Notes under the pieces: generated by a model | Told to the model about the DNA's origin: nothing | The model's input: only the letters and a program-made list of their open reading frames with translations | Database searches by the model: none | Assembly (NCBI RefSeq): GCF_963921235.1 | Contig: NC_086097.1 | Location: 187,490,001-187,554,000, forward strand | Direction: 5' to 3' | Length of the DNA stretch: 64,000 bases | Source: Mobula hypostoma | Lineage: Eukaryota | Shown: positions 39,128-53,089 of the stretch, in pieces | Numbering within the stretch: the first letter of the stretch is position 1 | Layout: each line of letters opens with the position of its first letter | Position numbers and translations under genes: made by a program

Positions 39128-40143
39128 TTGCTGACGATCAACACTGGTGCACCTCAGGGGTGTGTGCTTAGCCCACCGCTCTACTCTCTATATACTCATG
39201 ATTCGGTGACTAGGCATAGCTCAAGTACAATCTATAACTTTGCTGACCATACAATCATTGTTGGTAGAATCTCAGGTGGTGACGAGAGGGCGTACAGGAG
39301 TGAGATATGCCAATTAGTGGAATGGTGCCACAGCAACAACCTTGCATTAAACGTCAGTAAGACGAAAGAGCTGATTGTGGACTTCCGGAAGGGTGAGACG
39401 AAGGAACACATACCAATCCTCACAGAAGGATCAGAAGTGGAGGGAGTGAACAGTTTCAAGTTCCTAGGTGTCAAGATCTCTGAGAATCTAACCTGATCCC
39501 AACTTACTGATGCAGTTATAAAGAAGGCAAGACAGCGGCTATACTTCATTAGGAGTTTAAAGAGGGTTGGTATGTCAACAAGTACACTCAAAAACTTCTA
39601 TAGTTGTACCATGGAGAGCATTCTGACAGGCTGCATCACTGTCTGGTATGGAGGGGCTACTGCACAGGACCAAAAGAAGCTGCAGAAGGTTGTAAACCTA
39701 GTCAGCTCCATCTTGGGTATTAGCCTACAAAGTTCCCAGGACATCTTCAGGAAGCGGTGTCTCAGAAAGGCAGCATCCATTATTAAGGACCTCCAGCACC
39801 CAGGGCATGCCCTTTTCTCACTGTTACCATCAGGTAGGAGATACAGAAGCCTGAAGGCACACACTCAGTGATTCAGGAACAGCTTCTTCCCCTCTGCCAT
39901 CCGATTCCTAAATGGACATTGAACCCATGAACACAACCTCACTTTTTTTAAATATATAGAATTTCTGTTTTTGCACAATTTTTAATCTATTCAATATACA
40001 TATACTGTATAAAGTATACTGAATAAGATTTTCTTATTTATTATTATTATTTTTTTCTTCTATATTATGTATTGCATTGAACTGCTGCTACTAAGTTAAC
40101 AAATTTCACATCACATGCCGGTGATAATAAACCCGATTCTGAT
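39128..40143 (+). mobile_element. Rex1/Babar-type LINE fragment, head-to-head with the minus-strand copy
   Basis: ORFs 39128-39496 and 39572-39871; tail aataaacccgattctgat. Confidence 0.88.
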
Positions 40144-40172
40144 ATAAGAGGAAAACCTGTCCCCAAAACATA

Positions 40173-40866
40173 ATAGTCATAGTCATAGTCGTACTTTATT
40201 GATCCCGGGGGAAATTGGTTTTCGTTACAGTTGCTCCATAAATAATAAATAGTAATAGAACCATGAATAGTTAAATAGTAATATGTAAATTATGCCAGTA
40301 AATTATGAAATAAGTCCAGGACCAGCCTATCGGCTCAGGGTGTCTAACCCTCCAAGGGAGGAGTTGTGAAGTTTGATGGCCACAGGCAGGAATGGCTTCC
40401 TGTGACGCTCTGTGTTGCATCTCGGTGGAATGAGTCTCTGGCTGAATGTACTCCTGTGCCCACCCAGTACACTATTTAGTGGATGAGAGACATTGACCAA
40501 GATGGCATGCAACTTAGATAGCATCCTCTTTTCAGACACCACCATGAGAGAGTCCAGTTTCATCCCCACAACATCACTGGCCTTACGAATGAGCTTGTTG
40601 ATTCTGTTGGTGTCTGCTACTCTCAGCCTGCTGCCCCAGCACACAACAGCAAACATGATAGCACTGGCCACCACAGACTCGCAGAACATCCTCAGCATCG
40701 TCCAGCAGATGTTAAAGGACCTCAGTCTCCTCAGGAAATAGAGACGGATCTGTCCCTTCTTGTAGACAGCCTCAGTGTTCTTTGACCAGTCTAGTTTATT
40801 GTCAATTCGTATCCCCAGGTATTTGTAATCCTCCACCATGTCCACACTGACCCCCTGGATGGTAAC
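40173..40866 (-). mobile_element. Rex1/Babar-type LINE 3' fragment, (GACTAT)n tail
   Basis: ORF 40327-40878 (YKYLGIRIDNKLDW, RLYFLRRLRSF). Confidence 0.88.
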
Positions 40867-40961
40867 AATAATGTACAATGAAACACAAAATATACACAGC
40901 GAACTTAATCCTTAACAGTCTGGGTGAATCCTGCCTAATGAAATTAAGGATGCCCTATACA

Positions 40962-40981
40962 GGATCACCCTCCCCCCCTCA
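40962..40981 (-). promoter_or_regulatory. Polypurine tract of the Gypsy element
   Basis: gagggggggagggtgatcc immediately before the TG of the 3' LTR on the minus strand. Confidence 0.75.
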
Positions 40982-40999
40982 GAATTCATCCTAGCAAAG

Positions 41000-43480
41000 T
41001 CAAACAAGCAGGGGCCCACAAAACTCAGCCGTACCTACTCCTGCCTTCACGGGCAGGTGCCGGGGAGGAAGAACAATCAATGTCCAGAAGTCTGGAGGTG
41101 GAACGCCAGTCCCTTCATGGAGGCTGTACCACTTCCACTGGAGAATCCTTCTCCACCTGGGCAGGCTTGAGATGATCCACGGAAACACTGCCCAGAATAT
41201 CTCCAAATTCCAGTATAAAAAACTTATCCCCCACTTCCAACACACAGAACGGGCCATCGTAAGGCAGCTGCAGGGGTCCCCAATGTCCATCATGATGCAC
41301 AAACACATATTTCGTTTTCCGCAAACCTGGCAACAGGTGTAATCCTAGCAGGCCATGCTGCGCCATGGGCATCCGAGCAAAAGTTTTGGCGCTGTCCATA
41401 AAAGCCGGCCTATCCTGCAAAGCGGACCATAGGACCATGGATGTTGGGAGAAACGCTCCTGGCACCTACAAGGATTATCTGAAAATGAGCTCCACAAAAC
41501 AGGACTGAAGGTCAAACTTTGGGGCCGTCCTCAGGCCCAACATGACCCACGGCAGTCTGTCCGCCCAACAACTGTCACTGAGCCATGAACGGACAGCAGC
41601 TTTCACTGAACGATGGAACCACTCGCACAGACCGTCGGCCTGTGAGTGATAAGCCATGGTCCAGTGCAGTTTGACCCCCAGATCACAGGCAACCGCACAC
41701 CGAAGTATGAGCATAAACTGTGTCCCTCAGTCTGAAGAGATTCCTGACGGGATGCCAAACCAAGCAATCCACAAACCAACAAAAGCTCACGCCACCTCCA
41801 CAGCTGAAATGGATGACAGTGGCACTGCCTCTGGCCAATGTGTGGTCCTATCAACGATGATGAGGAGGTGAGTAAACCCATGGGACGGAGGCAACGGGCC
41901 AACCAAATCCACATTCACATAGTCAAAATACCGCTTAAAGACCGTGAAAGAAGTTAAAGGAGCCTTGGTGTGATGATGTACCTTCGCGCATTGACAGGCT
42001 AAAAAAGGTGAGAGGCTGCCTAATGCCATTAACCAACTGCTCATGCACCGCACTGACAGCACAATCTGAGGCACCTAGGTGGAGGTGAGCCAGCAGTGTT
42101 ACATTAGACAATGCCTGCTTAGTGTCCGAGAATGCCTTGGATCTTTCCTGTGTCCAGTCCATGATGTACTTGGCCACTTTGCCCTTTAGGGCCTCGTAGA
42201 AGGGCACATGAGCTGAGCCGCTTTGGGGACAAAACTGTGATAAAAATTCACCATACCCAAAATCTCCTGCAGAATCTTAACAGTGACCAGCTGAGGGAAG
42301 CGCTTAATGGCCTCAACTTTAGCCAGCAGGAGGGCTGCCCCTGCTGCACTGACACGGTGTCTGAGGAAATCGACCACGGACAGTCCAAACTGGCACATCG
42401 ACAGGTTGACGATAAAAGTGTGCTGACTAAGGGGTTCAAAAAGGGTCCTTATGTGTAAGAGATGTTCACCCCTAGAAGAGCTGACTACCAAAATGTCATA
42501 TAGGTAAACAAACAGGAATGATAAGTCCCTGAGAACACTGTCCAAGAGACACGGAAAGGTTTGGGCTGCATTCTTCAGCCCGAATGGCATTCAAAGGAAC
42601 TCAAACATTCCAAATGGTGTAAAAGCAGCGGTTTCAGGAATGTCACTTGGGCGGACAGGGAGCTGGTGATAACCGTGAACGAGGTCCACCTTTGAGAAAA
42701 AAATTTTCCCTGCCAGGTGGGCAGAGAAATCCTGGGTGTGCGGGATGAGGTATCAGTCAGGGATCGTGGCATCATTGAGGTGGTGGTAATCGCCACATGG
42801 ACACCATCCACCTTCCAGTTTTCACACAATGTGGAGAGGGAAGCCCATGGAATGCTGGACAGTCTGATGATGCCCAGGCACTTCATGGCATCAAACACAG
42901 CCTTGGTGATGGCTAGCTTCTCCAGGTCGAGGCACCTGGCACAGGCATGAACGGGCAGGCCAGTGGTTAGGATGTAGGAGGAGAAGGTGGACTCTGTCAG
43001 GTCCGGGAATTCAGTGAGGAGGCAGAGGAAGTCATCGGAGGCAGAAAGGGTGCTGGGCACCTTTGAAGTGTCAGTGGTGCAGAGTGTGCCGGTGAAGGAG
43101 TAGAAGGTCTCTGCATTGATGAGGTGCCGGTTCTGGACATGAACAAAAGGCTGTTGGTGCAGAGGAAGTTGTCCCCCTTCAGGGATGTAGACACCGCCAA
43201 CAACACAAAATTCCAGCAGAACACCTGCCCACCGAACACAAAGCCATCTCACACCTACCAAAATTCCTGATGGCACTGCCATTCCCAGCCTCGAGACGGA
43301 CTATATTCCCCAGCTCACATGTCCAATTTAGATCTGGGCAGGACACTCACCTGAGCACCCGTGTCACAGAGGAAATGGCGCCCGGAAACAGAGTCTGTAA
43401 TGAACAACAAACTGCCTAACCTGCCAATGCAGATAACAGCTAACGGGCACTGGCCATTGTGTTTTCCTGACTCCTTGAAC
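41000..43480 (-). pseudogene. pol: Gypsy pol remnants (protease, RT, RNase H, integrase)
   Basis: FLCDTGAQVSVLP; MPFGLKNAAQTF; FVYLYDIL; NVDLVGPLP; TMAYHSQADGLCEWFHR; many frameshifts and a deletion between RNase H and integrase near 41995. Confidence 0.88.
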
Positions 43481-43652
43481 TCACAGGGTGTGCGGCACTT
43501 CTTTGCTCTCAGTCTAAACGTCGCATGGTAGAAACACAGGGTAGGAGACCATCGTTGAGCCGCAGCGATTAACTCATGTTCAGGTGGCAGCAAGGTGGCA
43601 ATGTCATCCAGCCACATGTTCACGCAGGCCCTCAGTAACGGAAAGCACCTTG

Positions 43653-44111
43653 TCAGCCTCTCTCACCTGAGCCCAGAGGTCTTTGAGGGGAGAGCCAGCC
43701 AGAGCTGACCGCACCTAGCCTGGTAGAGGTTTGCAGGAAAAGCTCTCTGAAGATGAAACATGACTGATGTCCATCAAGGAGGGACAACATGTGGTCCATC
43801 AACTCTGACGGCTTGGAATCGTCTAAGCCGGGCAGTGAGAGGAGCTGACGGATGTGCTCAGACTCAGAAAGTTCAGAAGTCACTGAAAGGAGTTGCTTAA
43901 GAGTCTCATACCTGCCGACTGCCGGGGGGTGCTGCAGGACGCTCATCACCCTGATCGCCATAGAGCTGTCTAACGCTGCAACAATGTAGTATTTCATGTT
44001 GTCTTGCAAGATTCCCTGCTCTGTGAACTGGGCCTCTGCCTGAGCGAACCAAATGGCAGAATGTTCCTGGCAGAATTCAGGGAGCTTGAGAGCAACGGTG
44101 TTTGCAGTCAT
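43653..44111 (-). pseudogene. gag: Gypsy gag remnant
   Basis: ALKLPEF...IWFAQAEAQF, LGLDDSKPSELMDHM-like (PGLDDSKPSELMDHM); lies just downstream of the PBS. Confidence 0.8.
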
Positions 44112-44153
44112 GATTGTAAAATGAGCAAAATTACTCCGGAATCATCCGGAGGA

Positions 44154-44169
44154 GCGTCAGGGTCATCTA
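44154..44169 (-). promoter_or_regulatory. Primer-binding site, tRNA-Trp-like (diverged)
   Basis: tagatgaccctgacg next to the LTR end, compared with TGGTGACCCCGACG, the complement of the tRNA-Trp 3' end. Confidence 0.6.
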
Positions 44170-47100
44170 TGTTGGAGTGTCGACAAAATTCAACACAAGT
44201 GTACTTCTAACGTACACTTTATTCCACTGCAAACAAATGGCGACTTCATATATCAGAGAATACTTAGTACCCAAAATGTAATAACGTACAACGTAACACA
44301 TAATACATGTAGTGAACATAACCCTTAACAGTCTGGGTAAATTCTGCCTTATGAAATTAAGAAGTCCTTATAATTTGTATTAACCACACTTGCTTGCATT
44401 AATTCCACATTCCTCTATGCCCTGCTCTTTCAAGTACCTGTCAAGATACCTCTTAAATGTTCTTAAACATTGCTTCTTAAGTATTGGAGCTGCAGTTGAG
44501 TGAATAGTATGCTCTATAACCTCTTTTTATATTACATGAAAGATCTTGAAATCTAGGTAACTTTCCACATTGTGTCACATGTACCAATAGTCCCAGCAAG
44601 GTGATTGCAGGTATTGGCAAAGACACCGGAGAGGCAAGGATGGGAGTACAAATTTTGTCTTCCTGAGAGAGCACAGTATGTTTGTGCATGGCAGAGCTGC
44701 TGCCAATTCCGATGGATGATGCTTGATCCATCACTGTTTTCTATATATAGAGATCAGATTCAACATTTCAAGTTGATGACCAATATGGTTATTGAAACAT
44801 GACCTCTGTTGCTTTCTCCACAGCTACTGTATATTTCTAGCACTGTAACTTCTAATTCATTTTCTATTGCATCTGCTATAGTGTCCTTCTGTATTCTTAG
44901 CAATCTGTTGGAGGACAGATTGATGGACTCCTGTGATACAATCCAAGATCTTTTCTCACTGTTATCTACAGCTATAACAGAAGTCAGAGCAGTTAGATAT
45001 TGTGAAATTCATTTCATTGGCTTCAATGTAATTAATTTTAGAGGCAGTGTTGGAGACACTGGAAATATTATGTTTCACATTTAGCATTATCAATCAGGGG
45101 TGAATTTCCAAGTGTGCATCCTTCAAGTAAGCTCCGTTTTTAAGGTAGAAATTCAATGAAACTGGATTCCAGTGAGATCTATGTACATTACAACAATACA
45201 GCATTGCATATTTAGCACATCCAAGGAGGATAGATTTCTGTCCTTGGTAATAATAGTGAGGCAACACACATGTCAAATCGACTTTGCATTTTGTCTGACA
45301 TCATAATGTGCATGCTCTGCATACTTCCGGCCTAAGATGGTAACATAATTCACCTACTTAATAAGGAGACTGGTAAATTTCATGCTAGAAGTATCTTCTT
45401 GTACGTCAGATGTATATTGAAAATAAATGGGTACCTTTAGTTTTTATGGGCCCTGAATGTAACTAAATTAGCAGCTACTTTCATGAATGTTCTACTTTTC
45501 AGTAAGTTTAAAACAGGCATTATTGCGAGTGTTCTTTCTTGTTTACTCTATGTGTGTTTTTATTCTGATATTGTGGTTATAAGCACAGTTACGTTGCAAT
45601 TCTATATTTCTTTTCATTAAGATCTTTTTTTTAGATAGAAGCTTATAGAAAAATTGTATTTTGTTTCAAATTAAAAAGTCCAGCAGCCATTGCAACATTT
45701 ACAAAGTAATACATTATACCTTCTGCAGTCCTTTGTTGTTAATGGATATTCATGGACTATTTCACTCAAAAGCACATTCATTTTTTTCATAATGTGTTTT
45801 CACACAAGTTATGGACTGTATACTTCTGTTGGATTTTAAATGTCAGGGAATTGATAGGTTCTATTAATGTTCAAGGGTACATATAAACTCCCATAAATTA
45901 CTCAGTAAACTATAAAACATTCATGCATAAATTGTAATGGAAACGTTTATGAAGATACAGAAATAATCTGTGATCAATTTAATTGAGAAATGGAATCTAT
46001 GTTAGTGCATTTGCACAAAATTGCTCTTTTTTGTGTGCCAGATTACATGTTGAGTCAGATTTAATATATTTGATTAATACTGCAAGCTGATGCAATCTGC
46101 TTGTTGGAGAAATGTGTCATTGTGGCAACCACAAATAAATATAGTCAATGAACTTCGAATGCCTATAAGTCAAGTTTAATGTAAATTTCAATTTATACCG
46201 AGGACCAGTAGGTAGAAGCCAACCTATAATGGTTGACATACTGTACTTTTTGTTACTTCATATATATTTCATGAGAGGAGGTTGATGGGTTGAAGATTAT
46301 TAGCCTGATGGTTAACTGAAACTCCTTGATTTGCATCCGCCACAGGACACATGCGAAAAAAGAAAGTAACACAAAGTAACGAGGATTGACTAAGTAATCT
46401 TCTGCCTTTAAGTGCTGTCTGTTTGCTTCAGATGAGCCAGTAGTAAAATTCCTGATAGCCCTTGGAATTCTAGATCAGTCTGACAAGCTAGTGAGCCTGA
46501 AGTCTTTGCCTGCCATATTGTTCAGACCAAGCTAAGTATGTTTGATGACTCTATATATTACTGTAAATATAACATCTTCCCATCCCAATAGAGCTCTTCC
46601 TCTGTGGCAACCACTGTGACTTCCATTACATTTTGTTTTTCTCTTTCACCTAAAGGCACAACTTCACAGGAGTGATGTAGTCTTCTTCAACTTTTAAAGC
46701 TCAAATGTGAAAGTTCTGATTCTTATACAAATGCTGTCAATTTGGTTAATGACAAGTTGAACTTCAATAGTGTTCAACTTTCTGGAGGTTAGTGGCTAAA
46801 CTATTAATTTCTGACCTCTGAAAATATTGAATATTGTTCCTTCTTCTGAAGTTGGCTGACTTATTGGGCATACCCTTCAATTTTTGTTTTTAAATGATTG
46901 GCTCTCTTAGCTCCTACTATATATCCAGGGACATAAAACCAGTAGACATCTAAAGAACAAGGTGGTATTTTATTACCATGGATCTTTCATGGCATTGTTT
47001 TTCAGAGCCATATCAAACATTTTGTCTGCAGGAAATAACCTAATATGTACAAAAAGATGCAGTGGGACAGAGTCCGTGTTTTGTTATTTGATGACCCCCT

Positions 47101-48149
47101 CCCTCAGAATGGGGGCTAATCACAATATAATCCACTCTATCACTCTAATATGGTCCAGGCAGTTTTATATGTTCTGTGGCAGAAATTTCATTTCATTATG
47201 GGCTGCAGTGACTCTCAAGGAAGTGGATATTAACATCCTGTTCATATTAATAAAAATCAAGATTATGCTTTAGCTTTTTACACTAAAAGCTTACATCTTC
47301 TAAAAGGACAATACCTTATAAACATAGCTTGCTCATTGATTTCTCCAGTAGTTTTCACATGAAGATGCAAATATGGAGATTACACAAATGTCCATGCTGG
47401 GAGTATTAATATACATTGATTCTATTTATTTACTTAACACTACACCAGGAAGAGCACCAGTCATTACAACACTGATAATGTTATTAATAGCCTGACATAT
47501 TCTGTTGTATTTTGGTGAAGGGCATTCAGTGAGTGATGCTGCAGTTTGGTGCGGAATACTGAACTGTTCTATCTCCAAAGACTGGAGGTTTGGCCAAAGT
47601 CTGATTATCGTAAATTTTGTGGTGCCTTTAAGTGGGCTCCACATGCACATTTTCATTGAATAAGTGGAGAGGACTTAGCTCAACTAAAGCTTTGGTTGAC
47701 TGGAATCTCCCTGCCTTAACTTACATAACTATTAACATTTTGTCTCTGACCTAAATTAGCTACATTAGCTTCCAATTTACTAAGCACTAGGAGCAGCTCA
47801 TAGAATAAGAGCCATTTTTGGCTACGTAGCTCTACCATCATGGTTAATTGCCTGTTATTAAAGATGAGAAAGTAATAGCAATTCCCGCACAGATTGCCAT
47901 ACAATGTTTAATCACAAGTGTACTTCACCATAATGAAGCTTCCTACATTAGTAAAGCTGCACTTTCAGGCTGCTTTTTTGTTCTCTGTCCAAAGAGAAGG
48001 AAGGAAATTGTGTTCTACTTGATTGGAAGCCTCATTGTCGTTGGTCAAACAAAGTTGGTGACAAATCAGCATGTAGGAGAGAGATTGAGTGATGCCAAAA
48101 CAATAACCTTTTACTCAACGTCAGCAAGACCAAGGAACCAAGAACGGAT

Positions 48150-49190
48150 TGGAGGGTAGCTAAAGTTATCCCACTTTTTAAGAAAGGCGGGAGAGAGAAA
48201 GAAGGGAATTATAAACCAGTTAGCCTGACATCAGTGGTGGGGAAGATGCTAGAGTCAATTATAAAAAAATGAAATAGCGGCACATCTGGATAGCAGTAAC
48301 AGGATCGGTCCCAGTCAGCTTGGATTTACGAAGGGGAAATCATGCTTGACTATCCTTCCAGAATTTTTTGATGATGTAACTAGGAAAATGGACAAGCGAG
48401 AGCCAGTGGATGTAGTGTACCTGGACATTCAGAAAGCCTTTGATAAGGTCCCACATAGGAAATTAGTGGGCAAAATTAGAGCACATGATATTGGGGGTGC
48501 TCCTGGCAATTCCCACTGACTCAGGTTCTGGGACCTAGGCATCCAAATCCATAAATCCCTGAGAGTAGGAACACGGGTTGATAAGATGGTGAAGAAATCA
48601 TACTGCACACTTGTCTTTATAGGATGAGTCTTAGAATATAAGAGTTCAGATCTTTTTTATCAATTTACAAAACGCTGTTTAGGCTGCACTTGGAGAAATG
48701 TGTACAGTTCTGATTATTGTACCATATGAAGGATCTAACTGAACTAGAGAAAATGCAGAGGAGATTGGCCAAGATGCTACTTCGTTATATGGAGAGACTG
48801 GATATGTTGAGCTTGTTTTTGCTGCAGCAAAAGAGGCTGAGGGCTGATCTGATGGAAGAATATAAGATTATGAGAGGCATAGATGGGTAGAGTCAAAATC
48901 TTTTACTCAAAATAATTTTATTAAAAGATATCCAAAGAAGAGGAGTGAGATGTAGCAGATTTAAAGAGAATCCAAAGGGTGACTCTTGAAAGGCGGTTGC
49001 TATTTGGAATGCACTACCAGAGAAAGTGATGTTCTTTATCAGGTATTTAGACAGACATTTAATTATTCAAGGTTTAGAAGGATGTGGTCATAATGCAAGC
49101 AAATGGAATTAGTGTAGATGAACAAAATGTTGACAAGAATGTGGTCAGCTGGAGGACCTGTTTCTGTATCATACAGTCCTATGACTCTGT
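48150..49190 (+). mobile_element. Mosaic of CR1 RT and 3' fragments
   Basis: gggaattataaaccagttagcctgacatcagtggtgggg (NYKPVSLTSVVG); decayed C-terminus and tail. Confidence 0.75.
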
Positions 49191-50159
49191 AGGTTTATGG
49201 CTAGGCTCTGCTGGTAGAGATAGTTTCTTCCTCCTTCCTTTGCCTCTTTTAACTTTGGGCAGATGAGCAATGATAATATTGAAAAATGGGGTAGGCCTGA
49301 GGATCTCAGTAACAACTCTTCTCCTACTTTCCTATGTTGTTATGAATCATAGGCTTGAAGTCACCAGTGCCTATTCCTCTTTCATATGGTATGAGTGTAG
49401 AAATATATTGCCAAGTAAAACAAGATTGGTAAAGATTCCAAAGTTCTAAAGAATATTCTGATAAAATCAATACACATAGTGATGAAGGAATATTTGCAAC
49501 ACAGCTCAATTTCATAACCTTCATCTTGAACCCTTATTTCATTCACCTTAAGTGTTCATTAGCACCAGAAACATTTCTAGAAAATTGCTCCCTTCTGAAT
49601 TTTTGTACTTTGTAGAGAAATTTTTATTGATTTTATTTCAGTAAATGTTCGTGTAAAAAATGGTTAGTTGCTAGAAAATTTAGATTACTTATACAAACTG
49701 CATCATAAAGAAGGCAATTCGGCTCTTGTTTACCTCAGACAAACTCTAAATAAAACTGATAACAGATGGCTTGTTACTAGTCTAATCTAACTCTTGCTGT
49801 GTTAACGTAGTGGCTGTTATGAGTAAAATTTTCCATCAAGAAAGCAGACTGTGACCTGCTTAATTTTACATCATTTCTACGTCTGCTGGGGCTATTTAGA
49901 GATCAGGTGTTCATGATAAAATTTTACAATCAGAAAGAGCATGGAAAGAATGTAAACTGACACCATTACATTCAGAGTAAATATTTGTGAGATTTTAACA
50001 GTAGCATAAATTTAGCATCTGAAATAGACTGAATAACACATGCAGAGAAGCGCAAAGCACTAGGATGTCTCACCAAATTCAAGGTAGAATAGAAACCTTG
50101 AAGGCCTGGGTTTGCTGATGACACTAATGGCAATTGGCCTAATCTCAAATAATAATGAG

Positions 50160-51275
50160 GCAACCTACAGAGAATAAGTCATCACCCTGACACGGTGGTG
50201 TCAAGAAAACAACTTCTCCTTCAACGTCACAAAAATAAAGGAGATGGTTGTGGGCTACAGGAGGAATGGAGACAGACTAACCCCTATTGACACCAATGGA
50301 TCTGGGGTTGAGAGGGTGAACAGCTTAAAGTCCTCGGGATAAACATCACCAAGGATCTCACCTGGTCTGTACATACTGGCTGCATGGTGAAAAAGGCACA
50401 ATAGTGCCTCTTTCACCTCAGACAGATGAAGAAGTTTGGTATGGGCCCCAAAATCCTAAGAACTTTCTACAGGGGCACAATTGAGAGTATCTTGACCGGG
50501 TGCAGCACTGCCTGGTATGGGAACCATACTTCCCTCAATCACAGGACTCTGCAGAGTGATGCAGACAGCCCAGCACAATCTGTAGATGTGAATATCCCAC
50601 TGTTCAGGACATTTTCAAAGACAGGTGTGTAAAAAGGGCCCGAATGATCATTGGGGACCCATGTCACCCCAACCACAAACTGTTCCAACTGTTACCATCC
50701 GGAAAATGGTACCGGAGAATTAAAGCCAGGACTAACTGGTGCCAGGACAGCTTCTTCCACCAGGCCATTAGACTGCTTAATTCATGATGACACAACTGTA
50801 TTTCTATGCTATATTGACTGTCCTGTTCTACATATTATTTATTATAAATTACTTAATTAAAGGCATCCGTTAGTCTTGCGAGAACATGGATCTGCGCTTG
50901 GAAAGTCTTCACTTTCCAGAGCGCAGGCCTGGGCAAGGTTGTATGGAAGACCAGCAGTTGTCCATGCTGCAAGTCTCCTCTCTCCACGACACCGATGTTG
51001 TCCAAGGGAAGGGCAAGGGCCAATACAGCTTGGCACCAGTGTCGTCGCAGAGCACTGTGTGGATAAGTGCCTTGCTCAAGGACACAACACGCTGCCTCGG
51101 CTGGGGCTCGAACTAGCAACCTTCAGATCACTAGTCCAATGCCTTAACCACCTGGCCACGTGCCACACTATACAGTAAATTACATGTTGCACATTTAGAT
51201 GGATATGTAATGTAAAGATTTTTACTCATGTCTACGAAGGATGTAAATAATAATAATAAAGTCAATTCAATTCAG
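50160..51275 (+). mobile_element. Rex1/Babar-type LINE 3' fragment hosting a SINE
   Basis: FYRGTIESILTGC; (CAATT) tail. Confidence 0.8.
50857..51168 (-). mobile_element. tRNA-derived SINE
   Basis: Minus strand: A-box TGGCCAGGTGG, B-box GTTCGAGCC, central gtgtccttgagcaaggcactt, then a non-tRNA body. Confidence 0.85.
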
Positions 51276-53089
51276 TCTGAGACATGCCCACTGAGAGGAT
51301 GGCAGAAGCTAGGAAGAAGATTCTAAAGTCAGATCTCAAAGATTACAAGCCAGAGTTGTGAACAAGAAATTCTCATGTAAAAGACAGGAACTAATAAACC
51401 ATTGGAACATCCGTCCAAACTAACTTTCCACTAGATCCCTTTCCAAATTATCATGGAGACAATTCCTCTCATACCACCAAATTACATCTTTACCTATCAT
51501 CTCACTTCCTTGCAATTTCTTTGCTTTTGAACATTTGTTGCACCCTCTAATCTTTTATTGAACTTCATCACTTCTATTCATACAAGTTCCCTAGGTAGTC
51601 TTTAGCGGGTTATCTTTACTGCTGTCCTTGCTCAGTGTTGGGTCTTTTCGTCCATTGTGATTTCAAACTCTGGCTCAATTTATCTCCAATCATCTGAGTT
51701 CTTCCAGCATTTTGTGTGTGTTACTCAGGTCTTATTTATATTAATCCCATTGACCAGTACTTGGTCCATACCTTACTATTCCTTGGCAATTCAAGTGCTC
51801 AACCAGATTTTTTTTTCTGATTTCACCACCTTCTCAGGTGCCTGATTGCAATTCATCCTCTGGGTGACAAAGTTCTTGCTCATATAACCATGTAACCATA
51901 TAACAATTACAGCATGGAAACAGGCCATCTCAGCCCTTCTAGTCCGTGCCGAACGCTTACTCTCACCTAGTCCCACCGACCTGCACTCAGCCCATAACCC
52001 TCCATTCCTTTCCTGTCCATATAGCTATCCAATTTTACTTTAAATAACAATATCAAACATGCCTCTACCACTTCTGCTGTAAGCTCGTTCCACACAGCTA
52101 CCACTCTCTGAGTAAACAAGTTCCCCCTCATGTTATCCCTAAACTTTTGCTCTCCAACTCTCAACTTATGTCCTCTTGTTTGAATCTCCCCTACTCTCAA
52201 TGGAAAAAGCCTATCCACGTCAACTCTATCTATCCCCCTCATAATTTTAAATACCTCTATCAAGTTCCCCCTCAATCTTCTATGCTCCAAAGAATAAAGA
52301 CCCAACTTGTTCAACCTTTCTCTGTAGCTTAGGTGCTGAAACCCAGGTAAAATTCTAGTAAATCTTCTCTGCGCTCTCTCTATTTTGTTGACATCTTTTC
52401 TATAAATCGGTGATCAGAACTGTACACAATACTCCAAATTTGTCCTCACCAATGCCTTGTACAATTTTAACATTACATTCTAACTCCTATACTCAATGCT
52501 CTGATTTATAAAAGCCAGCATACCAAAAGCTTTCTTCACCACCTTATCCACATGAGATTTCACCTTCAGGGAAATATGCACCATTATTCCGAGATCCCTC
52601 TGTTCTACTGCATTCTTCAATGCCCTACCATTTACCATGTATGTCTTATTTTGATTAGTCCTACCAAAATGTAGCACCTCACATTTATCAGCATTAAACT
52701 CCATCTGCCATCTTTCAGCCCACCCTTCTAACTGGCCTAAATCTCTCTGCAAGCTTTGAAAGCCTACTTCATTATCCACAACTCCACCTATCTTAGTATC
52801 ATCTGCATACTTACTAATCCAATTTACCACCCCATCATCCAGATCATTAATGTATATGCCAAACAACATTGGACCCGGTACAGATCCGTGAAGCGCACCA
52901 CTAGACACCATCCTCCAAACTGACAAACAGTTATCCACCACTACTCCCTGGCCTCTCCCATACAGCCACTGCTGAATCCATTTAAAAATGCAAACACAAG
53001 GAAATCTGCAGATGCTGGAATTTCAAGCAACACACATAAAAGTTGCTGGTGAACGCAACAGGCCAGGCAGCATCTCTAGGAAGAGTTAC

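Larger units (their letters stand above)
36308..44372 (-). mobile_element. Decayed Ty3/Gypsy LTR retrotransposon with both LTRs; the 3' LTR is split by LINE insertions
   Basis: 5' LTR 44170-44372; 3' LTR pieces about 36308-36412, 40144-40172 and 40867-40961; PBS-like and PPT sites; gag-PR-RT-RH-IN order. Confidence 0.88.

Noticed and set aside
51095..51168. tRNA gene
   Set aside because: It has A and B boxes but continues into a SINE body and lacks a convincing acceptor stem
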